A DNA stretch of 64,000 nt, taken from the NCBI GenBank assembly GCA_965238045.1, contig CBDEGU010000011.1:474281-538280 (forward strand), read 5' to 3'. Below, one piece after another: positions 12,164 to 22,222 of this stretch. Below the pieces are notes generated by a model. It saw nothing but the letters and a program-made list of their open reading frames with translations. It had not been told where the DNA came from and made no database searches. Each line of letters starts with the position of its first letter. Position 1 is the stretch's first letter. The translations under genes were made by a program, and so were the position numbers. Origin of the DNA: Bryobacterales bacterium (GTDB taxonomy: Bacteria > Acidobacteriota > Terriglobia > Bryobacterales > UBA6623).

Positions 12164-13375
12164 TCAGCCTGGGCTGCCGTTCGAGACGCCCGCCCGCCGA
12201 AGCCAGCGCTCTGTTTGCTCTCGCAGACGCCGGTAAAAGCCGTCTCGGCGATCACGCAGCAAGGTCTCCTCGTATCGTCCGGCCTCCTCCAAATTTCGCG
12301 CCGACATCGCGGCCAGGCGTGCCGGACTCGCCGCCAACTCGGCGATCTTGTCGGCGATCGCCCCGGCGTCGCCGCTAGGAAACAGATCCTCGCCGGGGAG
12401 TAATTCGGGGATGCCTCCGACGCTGGATCCGATCGCGGGCAGGCCGCGGGCCATCGCTTCAATCATCGCCCGCGGCAGCCCCTCGGCGCGCGAGGGCAGC
12501 ACGAAGAGGTCCGCCGAGTCCAGTGCCGCGCGAATCGCCTCTCCAGAGGGCAACTGTCCCAGGAACTCCGTGCGGTTGGCGATGCCCGCCCGCGCGGCCC
12601 TCTCGCTGAGGGTGCTCTGATATCTCCCGCCCCCGGCGATGCGCAGCCGAAGGTCCAGACCTTTTGCAACCAGCGCCGCCACAGCATCGATCAGCAGGTC
12701 GGCGCCCTTATAAAGATATTGCAGCGAACCGACCGTGATGATCCTCAACGGCGTGCTAAAGGATTCGGCTGCTCGCGGCGCCGCGGCGAACCCAGCCGCG
12801 GGCAATTCGACGCTCGAGTAGTGGGTCGCGTACGCTCCGGCGGCGGGAGGATAACGCCGCTGCAGAGTCTCGGCCGTGACGTAGGCGCTCACCGCCGCCC
12901 CCGCGCATTGCTGCCTCAGCCGATGGCGAAACCAGTAACGAAACAACGGACGCAACGGGTGACGCACCGACCCCGGCGCATAGGAATGAAACGGATCGCC
13001 CACCACCTCGACGCCGAACGGCTGACCGCGCCGGCGCAGGCTTGCTTCGATGCACGTCGACACCTGGGAGGGAACACGTAAGATCACCGCGTCGCCCCAG
13101 CCAAGCGAGGTCCGCGCCCGCACCCTCCGCGCTCGCGTCAAATATTGCCACGCGCCAACGTAATAGGGCAGGTCCGAGAACGTCACGCCCGGCCCCGAAG
13201 CAGGCTTCCATTTTTCCGAGGGATGGCCGCTCCCCCCAACCCGCGCGACGACTCTGACCTGGTCGAAAACCCGCAGATACCGCTCAAAGAACGTAAACGG
13301 CATCGGACCATCGGTCCACACCGTGCCGTCGGGCGTTCGGTGGTAGCGCTGGTCCAAAAATACGGCGAGATTCAT
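12164..13375 (-). CDS. GT4 family glycosyltransferase
   Basis: YKGADLL; DLFVLPSRAEGLPRAMIEAMARG (EX7E motif). Confidence 0.92.
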   Translation of the reverse strand: MNLAVFLDQRYHRTPDGTVWTDGPMPFTFFERYLRVFDQVRVVARVGGSGHPSEKWKPASGPGVTFSDLPYYVGAWQYLTRARRVRARTSLGWGDAVILRVPSQVSTCIEASLRRRGQPFGVEVVGDPFHSYAPGSVRHPLRPLFRYWFRHRLRQQCAGAAVSAYVTAETLQRRYPPAAGAYATHYSSVELPAAGFAAAPRAAESFSTPLRIITVGSLQYLYKGADLLIDAVAALVAKGLDLRLRIAGGGRYQSTLSERAARAGIANRTEFLGQLPSGEAIRAALDSADLFVLPSRAEGLPRAMIEAMARGLPAIGSSVGGIPELLPGEDLFPSGDAGAIADKIAELAASPARLAAMSARNLEEAGRYEETLLRDRRDGFYRRLREQTERWLRRAGVSNGSPG

Positions 13376-13444
13376 GACGCGGCGGACTGGTCATAAATCG
13401 GCTCTGCCAGCGCCGGTCTTTATGACGGCCCGGGGAAGGAACGC

Positions 13445-14278
13445 CTAGGAAAACAGGATCTTGCTTACCAACTGATACGCCATCGCGAACGAGAGCACCA
13501 CAAGCAACACCGCCAGCCTCGCCGCCATCTTCCATAACCGCTCGGCCGGCGAGCCGTACTGGGGAGTTTTCGCCACATAGCCCAGAGAGAAACCTGCCAG
13601 GAACCCGCCCAGATGCGCGGCATTATCGATGCGGAACCCCGGCAGCAAACCGATCACCGCGATCAGGATCGCCCATCGCAGATAGAACGACCAGATGAAA
13701 GAACTCCCCGTTCTCCGCCCGTAAGCCATCATTGCGCCGATCAATCCGCAGGCGGCCGCGGAAGCCCCAATCGAAATCGCGCTGCTCCAGAACATGCTCA
13801 GCACGAAGCCGCAAATGCCCGACACGAAATAAATCACCAAATACCGCGACGTGCCATAGAATTCTTCCGTCCGCGCCCCGAGATCGAAGATCACCCAGGT
13901 ATTCATCAGAAAGTGGAACAGGCCGCCGTGCAGAAATCCCGCGGTGATCAGCCGCCACCATTGCCCCCCGTCGAGAATCAAACTCCGTTCCTTGGCGCCA
14001 AACAACACCAAGACATTGCCGTTGATTCCGCTGAAGATCGAGAACGATCCTTCGGAGAACTTCGACGTCAGCATCAGCGTCGCCGCGAATATTGCGAAGT
14101 TCACCAGCAGGATGATGAACGTCGTGAAGTGGCTCTGCTGAATGAATCCGCCCAGCGCCACGCTCGGGTCGGTCCGCTTGGCGAACGGCTTGCCCACCGG
14201 CTCGCCGCAGTACTCGCAAACCTTCGCCTTCGGGTCGATAAAAGCCCGGCAATGCGGGCACATACGGGGTTTCGCCAT
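13445..14278 (-). CDS. Rhomboid intramembrane serine protease with N-terminal zinc ribbon
   Basis: CPHC..CEYC; WWRLITAGFLH, GASA, AHLGG. Confidence 0.92.
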   Translation of the reverse strand: MAKPRMCPHCRAFIDPKAKVCEYCGEPVGKPFAKRTDPSVALGGFIQQSHFTTFIILLVNFAIFAATLMLTSKFSEGSFSIFSGINGNVLVLFGAKERSLILDGGQWWRLITAGFLHGGLFHFLMNTWVIFDLGARTEEFYGTSRYLVIYFVSGICGFVLSMFWSSAISIGASAAACGLIGAMMAYGRRTGSSFIWSFYLRWAILIAVIGLLPGFRIDNAAHLGGFLAGFSLGYVAKTPQYGSPAERLWKMAARLAVLLVVLSFAMAYQLVSKILFS

Positions 14279-14343
14279 CCTCTTTCAAACCGATCTTGGA
14301 GCTTTTTCTGGCACGGGCGGCTCCTCCGGTCCAGTACGCGGAA

Positions 14344-14715
14344 TCATCGCTCCCCGCGTTCGGTGAAGCCAATGCTTTGACCGATGAGGTTCTTCATCCT
14401 GATTTGGTCTTGCAGTATCCGCCGGGGAAGCACGGCGTAACTTTTCTTGACGTGGCCGGTTGGAAAGTACTTCAAGCGCCTGACGCCCTTCTCCTTCAAC
14501 AGAGCAGCGACAGTCTCGGAAGGAAGCTTCAATGCTGTGCCGAATCGTCCGCGGGAGATGAAGATGTTACCGTCGATGTAACCGGCGACGGCCCCGAAAC
14601 AACTCCCAAAACTCAGGTCGTGAGTTGTGCTCAATCTCGGCTGGATTCGTCCTAAGAGATCTGTCAGTCTGTTCAAGTATTCCGCCTTCAATACCCGGCG
14701 CCTCTCCTCAGCCAT
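14344..14715 (-). CDS. TfoX N-terminal domain family protein
   Basis: CFGAVAGYIDGNIF, ALKLP, KYFPTGHVKKSYAVLP. Confidence 0.65.
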   Translation of the reverse strand: MAEERRRVLKAEYLNRLTDLLGRIQPRLSTTHDLSFGSCFGAVAGYIDGNIFISRGRFGTALKLPSETVAALLKEKGVRRLKYFPTGHVKKSYAVLPRRILQDQIRMKNLIGQSIGFTERGER

Positions 14716-14862
14716 CCTACCAGAGCATTCGCGTCAACTCTAGCAAGACGGCCACGGATTGCATCCAGACAATCTATCTTTGCGGTTGGCAGGGTGATTT
14801 GCAACTTTCGCCAGCATCGCGCCCCCGCGCGATCCCTAGGAGCCGTCCCTGGTAGCCTTTCC

Positions 14863-14892
14863 TTTACAACTAGATGACGGCCACGCTAGGAT
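14863..14892 (+). promoter_or_regulatory. Putative sigma70 promoter of the BMC cassette
   Basis: TTTACA-18 nt-TAGGAT, 10 nt before ATG 14903. Confidence 0.45.
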
Positions 14893-14902
14893 ACGAATTC
14901 GC

Positions 14903-15694
14903 ATGGTCAAAACCGAGCGCGAGCATCGGCAAGCGATCGTTGAGATTGGGCGTCTTGTCTATCAGAAAGGCTGGGTGGCGGCCAATGACGGCAATATCAC
15001 CGTCCGGCTCGACGGCGAACGCATCCTCTCGACGCCCACCGGCGTCAGTAAGGGGATGATGGACCCCGACGACTTGATCATCGTCGATTACGAGGGCAAC
15101 AAGATTCTCGGACGCCTCGAAGGCACTTCAGAAATCTTGATGCACCTGCTGATCTATAAAATGCGGCCCGACGTTCATGCGGTGGTCCACGCCCATCCGC
15201 CGGTCTCCACCGGGTTTGCCGCCGCCGGCTTGTCGCTCAATAAGGCCATCCTGCCCGAAGTGGTCATCGGCCTCGGATGCGTTCCGCTGGCCGAGTACGG
15301 CCTGCCGGGCACGCGGGAGCTCACCGAGCGCATGTTGCCGCTGGTGCCAAAGCACGACGCCATCCTGCTGGCCAATCACGGCGCGGTCGCCTACGGCGCC
15401 GACTTGCAACAGGCCTTTTTCAGGATCGAGACCGTGGAACACTCCGCCCGCATCAATCTCGTTGCCGAGATGCTCGGCGGCCCCAACGTGCTGCCTGGAA
15501 GCGAAGTGCGCAAACTGATCGACGCCCGCGGCCGCTACGGCATGACATCGGCCGCCGTGGCCGAGCCGGGATGTCCTGTCACCGCCGAGGAAGAGGCACG
15601 CTCTCAATACGGCGGCTCGCGGGAGCGGTTTTACGTCACCCGGGATGAATTGGTACAACTGGTCGAAGAGGCCATGCGAGCCCGCAGTGGATAA
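14903..15694 (+). CDS. Class II aldolase (FucA-like) with C-terminal putative encapsulation peptide
   Basis: DGNITVR, TPTGVSKG, SEILMH, VVHAHP, LLANHG; linker plus amphipathic tail RDELVQLVEEAMRA. Confidence 0.9.
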   Translation: MVKTEREHRQAIVEIGRLVYQKGWVAANDGNITVRLDGERILSTPTGVSKGMMDPDDLIIVDYEGNKILGRLEGTSEILMHLLIYKMRPDVHAVVHAHPPVSTGFAAAGLSLNKAILPEVVIGLGCVPLAEYGLPGTRELTERMLPLVPKHDAILLANHGAVAYGADLQQAFFRIETVEHSARINLVAEMLGGPNVLPGSEVRKLIDARGRYGMTSAAVAEPGCPVTAEEEARSQYGGSRERFYVTRDELVQLVEEAMRARSG

Positions 15695-15713
15695 CACGAA
15701 GGAGAACATCTAA

Positions 15714-16007
15714 ATGGGCGAAGCCCTTGGAATGATTGAAACGCGCGGCTTGGTCGGCCTGATCGAAGCCGCGGACGCCATGGTCAAGGCGGCGAACGTG
15801 ACCCTGGTCGGCTGGGAGAAGATCGGATCCGGCTACGTGACCGTCCTTTGCCGGGGCGATGTCGCCGCCGTCAAGGCCGCGACCGACGCCGGCGCCTCCG
15901 CGGCGCGCAAGGTCGGCGAACTCATCGCCGTCCACGTGATTCCGCGCCCGCACGCGAATCTGGAAGAGATCTTCGCGATCTCGGCCGCGAAGTCTTCCAG
16001 CGAGTAG
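15714..16007 (+). CDS. BMC hexamer shell protein (BMC-H, EutM/PduA-like)
   Basis: [35 protein letters not shown]; AAGGAG RBS. Confidence 0.96.
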   Translation: MGEALGMIETRGLVGLIEAADAMVKAANVTLVGWEKIGSGYVTVLCRGDVAAVKAATDAGASAARKVGELIAVHVIPRPHANLEEIFAISAAKSSSE

Positions 16008-16031
16008 ACTCGCCGGAACAGGACGTCTCTT

Positions 16032-16319
16032 ATGCTGCTGGCTCGCGTCGTGGGTACTGTCGTCGCTACCCGCAAGGACCCTCGCCTCGAAGGCAAGAAG
16101 CTCCTCGTGGTGCGTCATATTTCCCCGCAAGGCGAGGACCTGCCTGGCTATGCCGTCGCCATCGACACCGTCGGCGCCGGCTACCGTGAAAGAGTCCTCA
16201 CCGTCTCGGGCAGTTCCGCGCGCATGGCCGCGGACATGAAAGACATTCCGGTCGATACCGCCATTGTGGGCATCGTCGATGCACTCGAACTCGACCCCGC
16301 CGAAGACGGCGCGGACTAG
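16032..16319 (+). CDS. BMC pentamer (EutN/CcmL family) 1
   Basis: MLLARVVGTVVATRK, DTVGAG, GSSAR, AIVGIVD. Confidence 0.95.
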   Translation: MLLARVVGTVVATRKDPRLEGKKLLVVRHISPQGEDLPGYAVAIDTVGAGYRERVLTVSGSSARMAADMKDIPVDTAIVGIVDALELDPAEDGAD

Positions 16320-16322
16320 CTC

Positions 16323-16607
16323 ATGCGTCTGGGCCGCGTCGTGGGTCGGGTGTGGGCCACGGTCAAGATAGACCAGCTCGAAGGCCAGCGGCTTCTGATC
16401 ATCCAGCCCGTCGATCCCAGTGGGAGCGACACAGGACAGTCTCTGGTCGCGGTCGATGCGGTGGGCGCCGGCGCCGGGGAAACCGTCTACTGGTGCCGCG
16501 GACGCGAAGCCAGCCTGGCGATGCTCCCCGCCGAGGTCGGCGCCGACGCGGCCGTGGTGGGCATCGTCGATTCCATCCACTCAAACAACGGAAGCGACCC
16601 ATGCTGA
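16323..16607 (+). CDS. BMC pentamer (EutN/CcmL family) 2
   Basis: MRLGRVVGRVWATVK, DAVGAGAGE, GREA, VVGIVD. Confidence 0.93.
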   Translation: MRLGRVVGRVWATVKIDQLEGQRLLIIQPVDPSGSDTGQSLVAVDAVGAGAGETVYWCRGREASLAMLPAEVGADAAVVGIVDSIHSNNGSDPC

Positions 16608-16918
16608 TCTGCCGGGTCGTCGGCCAGGTCGTATCCACCGCCCAACACCCCAGCCACAGCGGACTGAAGCTGCTGCTGGTCGCCCCCCTGGATCTGGAAG
16701 ACAAGGAAACCGCCGCGCCGTTTCTCGCCGCGGATTCGGCCGATGCCGGCGTGGGTGACCGTGTCTTGGTGACGAGCGACGGCTGGGCCGCCATGACCGC
16801 CGTCGGGCGCCCGCACTCGCCCATCGACGCCGCCATCATTGCCGTCGTCGATACGGTCGACCTGGCCGCCGACGCCGCCGGCCAGCGGGAATCCACCCGC
16901 CTTGGGACGAGCGATTAG
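16601..16918 (+). CDS. BMC pentamer (EutN/CcmL family) 3
   Basis: MLICRVVGQVVST, DAGVGDRVLV, IIAVVD; overlaps the previous stop. Confidence 0.92.
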   Translation: MLICRVVGQVVSTAQHPSHSGLKLLLVAPLDLEDKETAAPFLAADSADAGVGDRVLVTSDGWAAMTAVGRPHSPIDAAIIAVVDTVDLAADAAGQRESTRLGTSD

Positions 16919-17059
16919 CCGAGATCTTCGGCGGCATGCCGGGCAAGATGCACGAGCGAAAACTGCGCGCCTCGCAGCCCCGTATGCCGCCTCGGCGCAT
17001 GAATTGACACCATAACCCGACTTTGCGACGATGAGATAGTTCGTCGTCCGTGCCCTTGT

Positions 17060-17136
<77 letters not shown>

Positions 17137-17141
17137 TCCTC

Positions 17142-17477
17142 TCAACAACTTAGATGTTGGTGGAGCAGCTTTAGGCCCCGAGTGGAAGCCACGCTGGAAG
17201 CTGCGGGTCCGAGAACGCTGCCCATCTGGTCGGCCGTTTCACGCTTCGACTCCTCGAACAGGTGGCCGCAAACCTGCGAAGTGAACGCGGTCGAACTGTG
17301 TCCGAGCAGTTCCTGGATCACCTCTGCATGCACGCCTTGGGCAATCAGGAGGGCAGCGGCGCTGTGTCGCATGTCGTGCGGCCGCACTCCGCGTAATCCT
17401 CCAATGTCGAGAAGCTTGCAGAACCGTCTAGGGATGTTCCGATGAAACAGCGGTGTGCCAACGGTCGAGGTGAACAC
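17142..17477 (-). pseudogene. Tyrosine integrase C-terminal remnant
   Basis: RPHDMRHS (HxxR), LLGHS; Cys at the catalytic Tyr position (TSQVCGH); N-terminal domains absent; abuts the tRNA 3' end. Confidence 0.85.
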
Positions 17478-17708
17478 CAGCGGCCAGGGACTGCCCTTCC
17501 ACGCCGAGCCTGCCAGTTCACGCTGACGCGCTTGTACCGCCTGTTGGTGATGTAGCGCGCCGGCGGCGGACTAGTTTTGCTCCGCCACAATCGGGCTGCA
17601 CTCCGCCGCCTGTCAGCCTATTTTCTCTCCGCCGCTGACAGGCTAAGATGGTCTTGTTAGAAATTCCCGCGGGAGCCAAGAGGCCACGCGTGGTCTCGGA
17701 CCAGCACG

Positions 17709-18362
17709 ATGACGCAGGGTCAGCAGCTTCAACAGGCGGTGGAAACCGGAGATGTCGCCGAGCTTGAACGGCTTCTCGGGGACGATCCGTCCTTGGCTCA
17801 CCGCGGCGTTCACAACAAGCTCAGGCCGCTCCAGCTAGCTGTGTATGCGCGTCAACCCGGGGCTGTCGAGATCCTGCTGCGGTATGGCGCCAAGCTCGAT
17901 CTGTGCATGGCGGCGACGCTGGGCCGCGATGATGTCATTCGCCAGCTCATCTCGGACGACCCGGCGTGCGTCCACCGGCGCGCATCCGACGGCTGGTCGG
18001 CGCTCCATCTCGCGGCCGCGTTCGCCGGACCGGCCACCGTTCGGTTGCTGATCGAAGGCGGCGCTAGCGTTCGAGAGGCGTCGAACAATCCCAAGTATCA
18101 GCCGCTGCACTGGGCGCGCCGAGTCGACGTTGCCGAGCTGCTTGTCGATCACGGCGCGGAGGTGAACGCGCGGTCTTTGAACGGTTCCACGCCGCTTCAT
18201 CTGGTGGCCGCCTCCGGCAGCGAGGAGTTGGTGCGGTTTTTGCTCGATCACGGCGCGGACGCGAAGCTGCAGACCAAGGCCGGCCAGACGCCGTGGGTGC
18301 TGGCGGTGAGTCAGGGCCGGCGCGCGGTGGCGGATCTGCTCTTTGGCGCCGCTCCCGTGTGA
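17709..18362 (+). CDS. Ankyrin repeat protein
   Basis: GWSALHLAA, QPLHWA, GSTPLHLVA, GQTP repeats. Confidence 0.92.
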   Translation: MTQGQQLQQAVETGDVAELERLLGDDPSLAHRGVHNKLRPLQLAVYARQPGAVEILLRYGAKLDLCMAATLGRDDVIRQLISDDPACVHRRASDGWSALHLAAAFAGPATVRLLIEGGASVREASNNPKYQPLHWARRVDVAELLVDHGAEVNARSLNGSTPLHLVAASGSEELVRFLLDHGADAKLQTKAGQTPWVLAVSQGRRAVADLLFGAAPV

Positions 18363-18518
18363 GCGGATGGTTGATGGGGCGAACCGCCAAAATCGAACTG
18401 CCAAGCCGGCTCAATCTCGCCCCCTGATCGCTGTCGCCCGGCCGCTGCCCCTTCGATACTCTACACTGGAGGCGGGCATGGGCGCATGCCCGCCCGGCAG
18501 GTCCTCAATAGCTGCAAC

Positions 18519-19211
18519 GTGAACTACTTCAACTACTTCACCGAAATCGAGGAGCACTTCCAGCAGGCGCGCGGCAGCGGGCTATTTCTTCTTTCGCCGC
18601 TCGACTGGGCCATGATCGAGATGTGGAAAGAGTCGGGCGTGCCTCTCGATGCGGTGCACAAGGGCATTGAACGCGCTTTCGACAAATGGCATGCCCGCAA
18701 GCACAAAACGCGGCAAGTCAACTCGCTGGCCTATTGCGCGCAGGAGGTTCTGACCGCCTGGCGGGAGATGGCCGAGCCGCCGAAGTCGAGTTTGGAATCC
18801 GCCCCGGCGTTTCGCAACGACGAGCTGGCAAAGTATCTCCGCGAGAACGCCAAGACAATCCGAGAGACCGGCGCCAGAGAGACCGGCGCCGCTGAGCTGC
18901 TCGGCGCGCTCATCGAGCAGACGGCGGATTCACTAGACGCGCTAGCCCGCGGCGTGGACGAGCAAGAGCGGAGCAATCTGGAAGAGCTTGAGCAGCGGCT
19001 CACCGTCCTGGAGCAGCGTCTGGTGGCCTCCGCGATGCAGCATCTCTCGGAAGAGGCCCTGTTTGGGGCACGCAGCGAGATGGAGAGAGATCTGGCCCCC
19101 TATCGGCGCAAGATGACCGCGGACCAACTGGCGCTGTTCGAGAGACAGTACCTCGAGCGAAAGTATCTCGAAATACTCGGTTTACCGCGGCTGAGTCTGT
19201 TCTATATGTAG
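18519..19211 (+). CDS. Conserved hypothetical protein
   Basis: NYFNYFTEIEEHF...LSPLDW...LPRLSLFYM; good coding character; start at 18486 or 18519. Confidence 0.75.
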   Translation: MNYFNYFTEIEEHFQQARGSGLFLLSPLDWAMIEMWKESGVPLDAVHKGIERAFDKWHARKHKTRQVNSLAYCAQEVLTAWREMAEPPKSSLESAPAFRNDELAKYLRENAKTIRETGARETGAAELLGALIEQTADSLDALARGVDEQERSNLEELEQRLTVLEQRLVASAMQHLSEEALFGARSEMERDLAPYRRKMTADQLALFERQYLERKYLEILGLPRLSLFYM

Positions 19212-20411
19212 GCGCGAGCTTGTGTCGCTCGCGGTGCCGTTTTCTGGGAAACGATCGGGGCGCAGGGCTTCGATCGGCAAATCCGTCGCGCCGCCGGTGA
19301 TGAGGTCCGCGAGGATTTTTCCGGTAACCGGGGCCATCATAATGCCTTTTCGGTAATGGCCCGCCGCGACGAAGGTCCGCTTCTGATTGGGGATCGGGCC
19401 GATGACCGGCTTGAGGTCTTCGCAATAGGGGCGAAAGCCCGACCAGGCGCAGACGGTCGGCAAATCCGCCGCGGCCGGAATCCACCGATGCAACTCGCGC
19501 CGGATGTCGGCGACAGTTGCCGCCGCGACGCCGCGCTCGAAGCCCGTTTCGTCGGTAGATCCGCCAGCGCCGAGAAAACCTTCCGCCAGCTGCCAGTAGT
19601 AGTACTTGCTGGTCATGACCGTGTGATGCAAGGTCTTCGCGGCTGGGCCGGCGGCCAGCAGCGTTCCCCGCACAGGGCGGATCGGCGGTTCCCAGCCGAG
19701 GCAGCGGGTCACCAACGGCGTCCACGATCCGGCGGCGACCACGACCGTCCCGGCGGCGACAGTGCCTCGCGAGGTGACAACGGCGCCTTGCGAGGTAACA
19801 GGGGACGGGCGCAAGCCGGTGACCTCGGCAGCGGTGCAAAGGCGTACTCCCCGCCGCCGCAGGCAGGCGATCAGCTCGGCCGCGAGCTGTGCCGGATGCA
19901 GGTGAGCTTCGTCGGGATAATAGAGCGCCTCGTCGGGAGTGAGACCCAGGCCCGGCTCGAGCGATCGCGCTGAGTTTCCACTCAGGCGCTCGACGCGGAA
20001 TCCGGCCTCTTTCACGGCCGCGATCTTCTTATCGGCCGCGGCCCGCGGCTCTTCGGTGTCGAGCAACTCCAGCATGCCGCCGCGTTCGAATCCGAAGGAG
20101 AACTCCGCGCCCAGTTCATCATAGAGACGGCTGCTGGCGGCGGCCAGCGTCGCAATCGGTCCTAGCTCCAGGCTCTGCTGCGCGAACCACAGTCCGCCCG
20201 CGTTGGCGCCGCTCGCCTCGCCCAGCGCGCTCCCGCGATCGACGATACAGATGCCGCTGACACCCGCTTTGACGAGGAAGTATGCCGTCAGAATGCCGAT
20301 CATCCCGGCGCCGACGATGACCACCTCGGCCGTGGAGGGCAGTTCATCGGATGTTTGAAAGACGTGCAGTTGATCGTTGCTCAGTGTGCGAAACCAAATC
20401 GAATCCTGCAT
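19182..20411 (-). CDS. FAD-dependent oxidoreductase (glycine oxidase/D-amino acid oxidase family)
   Basis: VVIVGAGMIG, ASGANAG, WSGFRP, GHYRKGIMMAP; the longer ORF start runs through MITE copy 3. Confidence 0.9.
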   Translation of the reverse strand: MQDSIWFRTLSNDQLHVFQTSDELPSTAEVVIVGAGMIGILTAYFLVKAGVSGICIVDRGSALGEASGANAGGLWFAQQSLELGPIATLAAASSRLYDELGAEFSFGFERGGMLELLDTEEPRAAADKKIAAVKEAGFRVERLSGNSARSLEPGLGLTPDEALYYPDEAHLHPAQLAAELIACLRRRGVRLCTAAEVTGLRPSPVTSQGAVVTSRGTVAAGTVVVAAGSWTPLVTRCLGWEPPIRPVRGTLLAAGPAAKTLHHTVMTSKYYYWQLAEGFLGAGGSTDETGFERGVAAATVADIRRELHRWIPAAADLPTVCAWSGFRPYCEDLKPVIGPIPNQKRTFVAAGHYRKGIMMAPVTGKILADLITGGATDLPIEALRPDRFPENGTASDTSSRLHIEQTQPR

Positions 20412-20446
20412 GCGGCCCCTGGGGAGAATGTCTTTCCATCCTATCA

Positions 20447-20624
20447 ACCCGCTTTTCTCACCACGTGGCGAAGCGAAGTGCGTGAGAGGCGCGTCAGCAC
20501 GAGGCGCGCGCCGCTTGACGAGCGCAGGCGTACTTGACTGTACGTTGAGCACAGCGAGCAAGCGCAACGAAGTAATGGCGGGCCTATCATGTGCTTCGGT
20601 CGTCAAGTGGTGAGAAATGCGGGT
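20447..20624 (-). mobile_element. MITE copy 3
   Basis: acccgcttttctcaccac ... gtggtgagaaatgcgggt; close to the reverse complement of copy 1. Confidence 0.85.
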
Positions 20625-20759
20625 CAAGGGCGAGAACGGGCTCGGCGATCTCCAGGAGGATTCCTCTGCCCGTAACCTATGCATTGAAACAGGCGCCCGC
20701 TCCGGACCGTTGCATCTGCCAGACTAGCCACAGGCGATGTGTATTTCTGGCACCAGCGG

Positions 20760-22207
20760 GAGATTGTCCCGAATCTAGTTGAAGGTGGAAGGGCGGCGGT
20801 TCTCAAGCCCGGTTCTCTGAGAGAATCGAGCAAACCTTTCACCACAAAGGAGAACCGCCGTGAAGAAACGATATCACATTCTGGATTCCGCGAAGCAACA
20901 GCCAGTCAGCCCCAACGACCTCACCCGCCTGCTCAGCCAAAACTCCCAACTCATGCTGCCCTTGGTTGAACTGGTCGAGCAGTGCCGCGGAGCCGTCGAC
21001 GAGGTTATCGACGTCACCGGCCGCGCCGCCATTCAAGCCGTGCTGGAACTGTCGGCGCAGCAAGTTACCGGTGGAAAACTTTCCCAGCCCGGCAAGAAGC
21101 GCCGCGGCGATGTGGTCCGCTGGGGCCGCCAGCCCGGTCGCGTCAAGCTCAGCAACCGCAAACTGCGCGTCAGCAAACCCAGACTGCGCAAACGCTCCGG
21201 CGGCGAGGTCAAAGTGCCCGCTTACGAAGCGATGCAGGACGACGAACGCCTCGGCGCGCGCATGCTCGACATTCTGATGAAGGGCGTCTCGACGCGCAAC
21301 TATGCCGGGGTGATTGGCGCAATGGCCGGCACGGCCGGGGTGTCGAAATCCGCCGTCAGCCGGGAGGCAGTCGAGGCCGCCGAAAAGAGCATCGACGAAG
21401 TGCTCACGCGGCGCCTGGATGAGTTGGATCTGCTGGTGATCTACGTGGACGGTTTGATCTTCGCAGATCATGTAGTGCTTGCAGCGGTGGGCGTAGACCG
21501 TCAGGGCAACAAACATGTGCTGGGATTGCAGCACGCCGCCACTGAGAGCACAGCCGCCGCCGAAGACTTGCTGAGGGGCATGGTCGAGCGGGGAGTATCG
21601 ACGGAGAAAAACAGGCTCTTCGTGCTCGATGGATCGAAGGCCCTGCGGGCGGCGGTGCGGCGGGTCTTCGGCAAAGTTCCGGTGCAGCGCTGCCGTGCTC
21701 ACAAGCTGCGCAATGTCGTCGAGCGGCTGCCTAAGGCCGAGCGCGATCAGGCCAAAGCGGCGATCCGGGCCGCCTGGCGGCTGGGAGCCCAAGATGGACA
21801 AGCGCGGCTGGAGAAGCTAGCCCAGTGGTACGAGGGTGACTGGCCCGAGGCGGCGGTGAGTTTGCGCGAAGGCATGGAGGAGTGTTTCACCATCAACCGC
21901 CTGGGTGCGCCGCCGTCGCTGCATCGCTGCCTGGCGACGACGAACATCGTCGAGTCTCCTAACGCCGGGGTGCGGCGGAGAACGCGGCGAGTGACCCGCT
22001 GGAAGGACGCGGCCATGGTGTGTCGCTGGGCCACGGCTGCATTCCTCGATACCGAGAAAAGCTTCCGCAAGATCATGGGTTACAAGGATCTGTGGATGCT
22101 CGACGCCATCCTCAATCCGGCCAAGGCCACAGCAGCAAAGGCTGCCTAGTACAATGCTCTTTTACGCCGCCGCCCTACAAACCCTCAACTACGATTGGGA
22201 CACTCTC
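20760..22207 (+). mobile_element. IS256-family insertion sequence (1448 bp)
   Basis: Imperfect 27-bp IRs (gagattgtcccgaatctagttgaaggt / rc gagagtgtcccaatcgtagttgagggt); 8-bp direct repeat accagcgg at 20752-20759 and 22208-22215. Confidence 0.95.
20860..22149 (+). CDS. IS256-family transposase
   Basis: GVSTR, VSKSAVSR, IYVDG, VLDGSKAL, QRCRAHK, TTNIVES (DDE); AGGAG RBS. Confidence 0.95.
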   Translation: MKKRYHILDSAKQQPVSPNDLTRLLSQNSQLMLPLVELVEQCRGAVDEVIDVTGRAAIQAVLELSAQQVTGGKLSQPGKKRRGDVVRWGRQPGRVKLSNRKLRVSKPRLRKRSGGEVKVPAYEAMQDDERLGARMLDILMKGVSTRNYAGVIGAMAGTAGVSKSAVSREAVEAAEKSIDEVLTRRLDELDLLVIYVDGLIFADHVVLAAVGVDRQGNKHVLGLQHAATESTAAAEDLLRGMVERGVSTEKNRLFVLDGSKALRAAVRRVFGKVPVQRCRAHKLRNVVERLPKAERDQAKAAIRAAWRLGAQDGQARLEKLAQWYEGDWPEAAVSLREGMEECFTINRLGAPPSLHRCLATTNIVESPNAGVRRRTRRVTRWKDAAMVCRWATAAFLDTEKSFRKIMGYKDLWMLDAILNPAKATAAKAA

Positions 22208-22222
22208 ACCAGCGGCGCCGAG

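Noticed and set aside
20412-20684. N-terminal extension of the FAD oxidoreductase
   Set aside because: It is read-through of MITE copy 3
17142-22207. Intact prophage or ICE at tRNA-Asn
   Set aside because: The integrase is a fragment; no structural or conjugation genes and no second att copy seen
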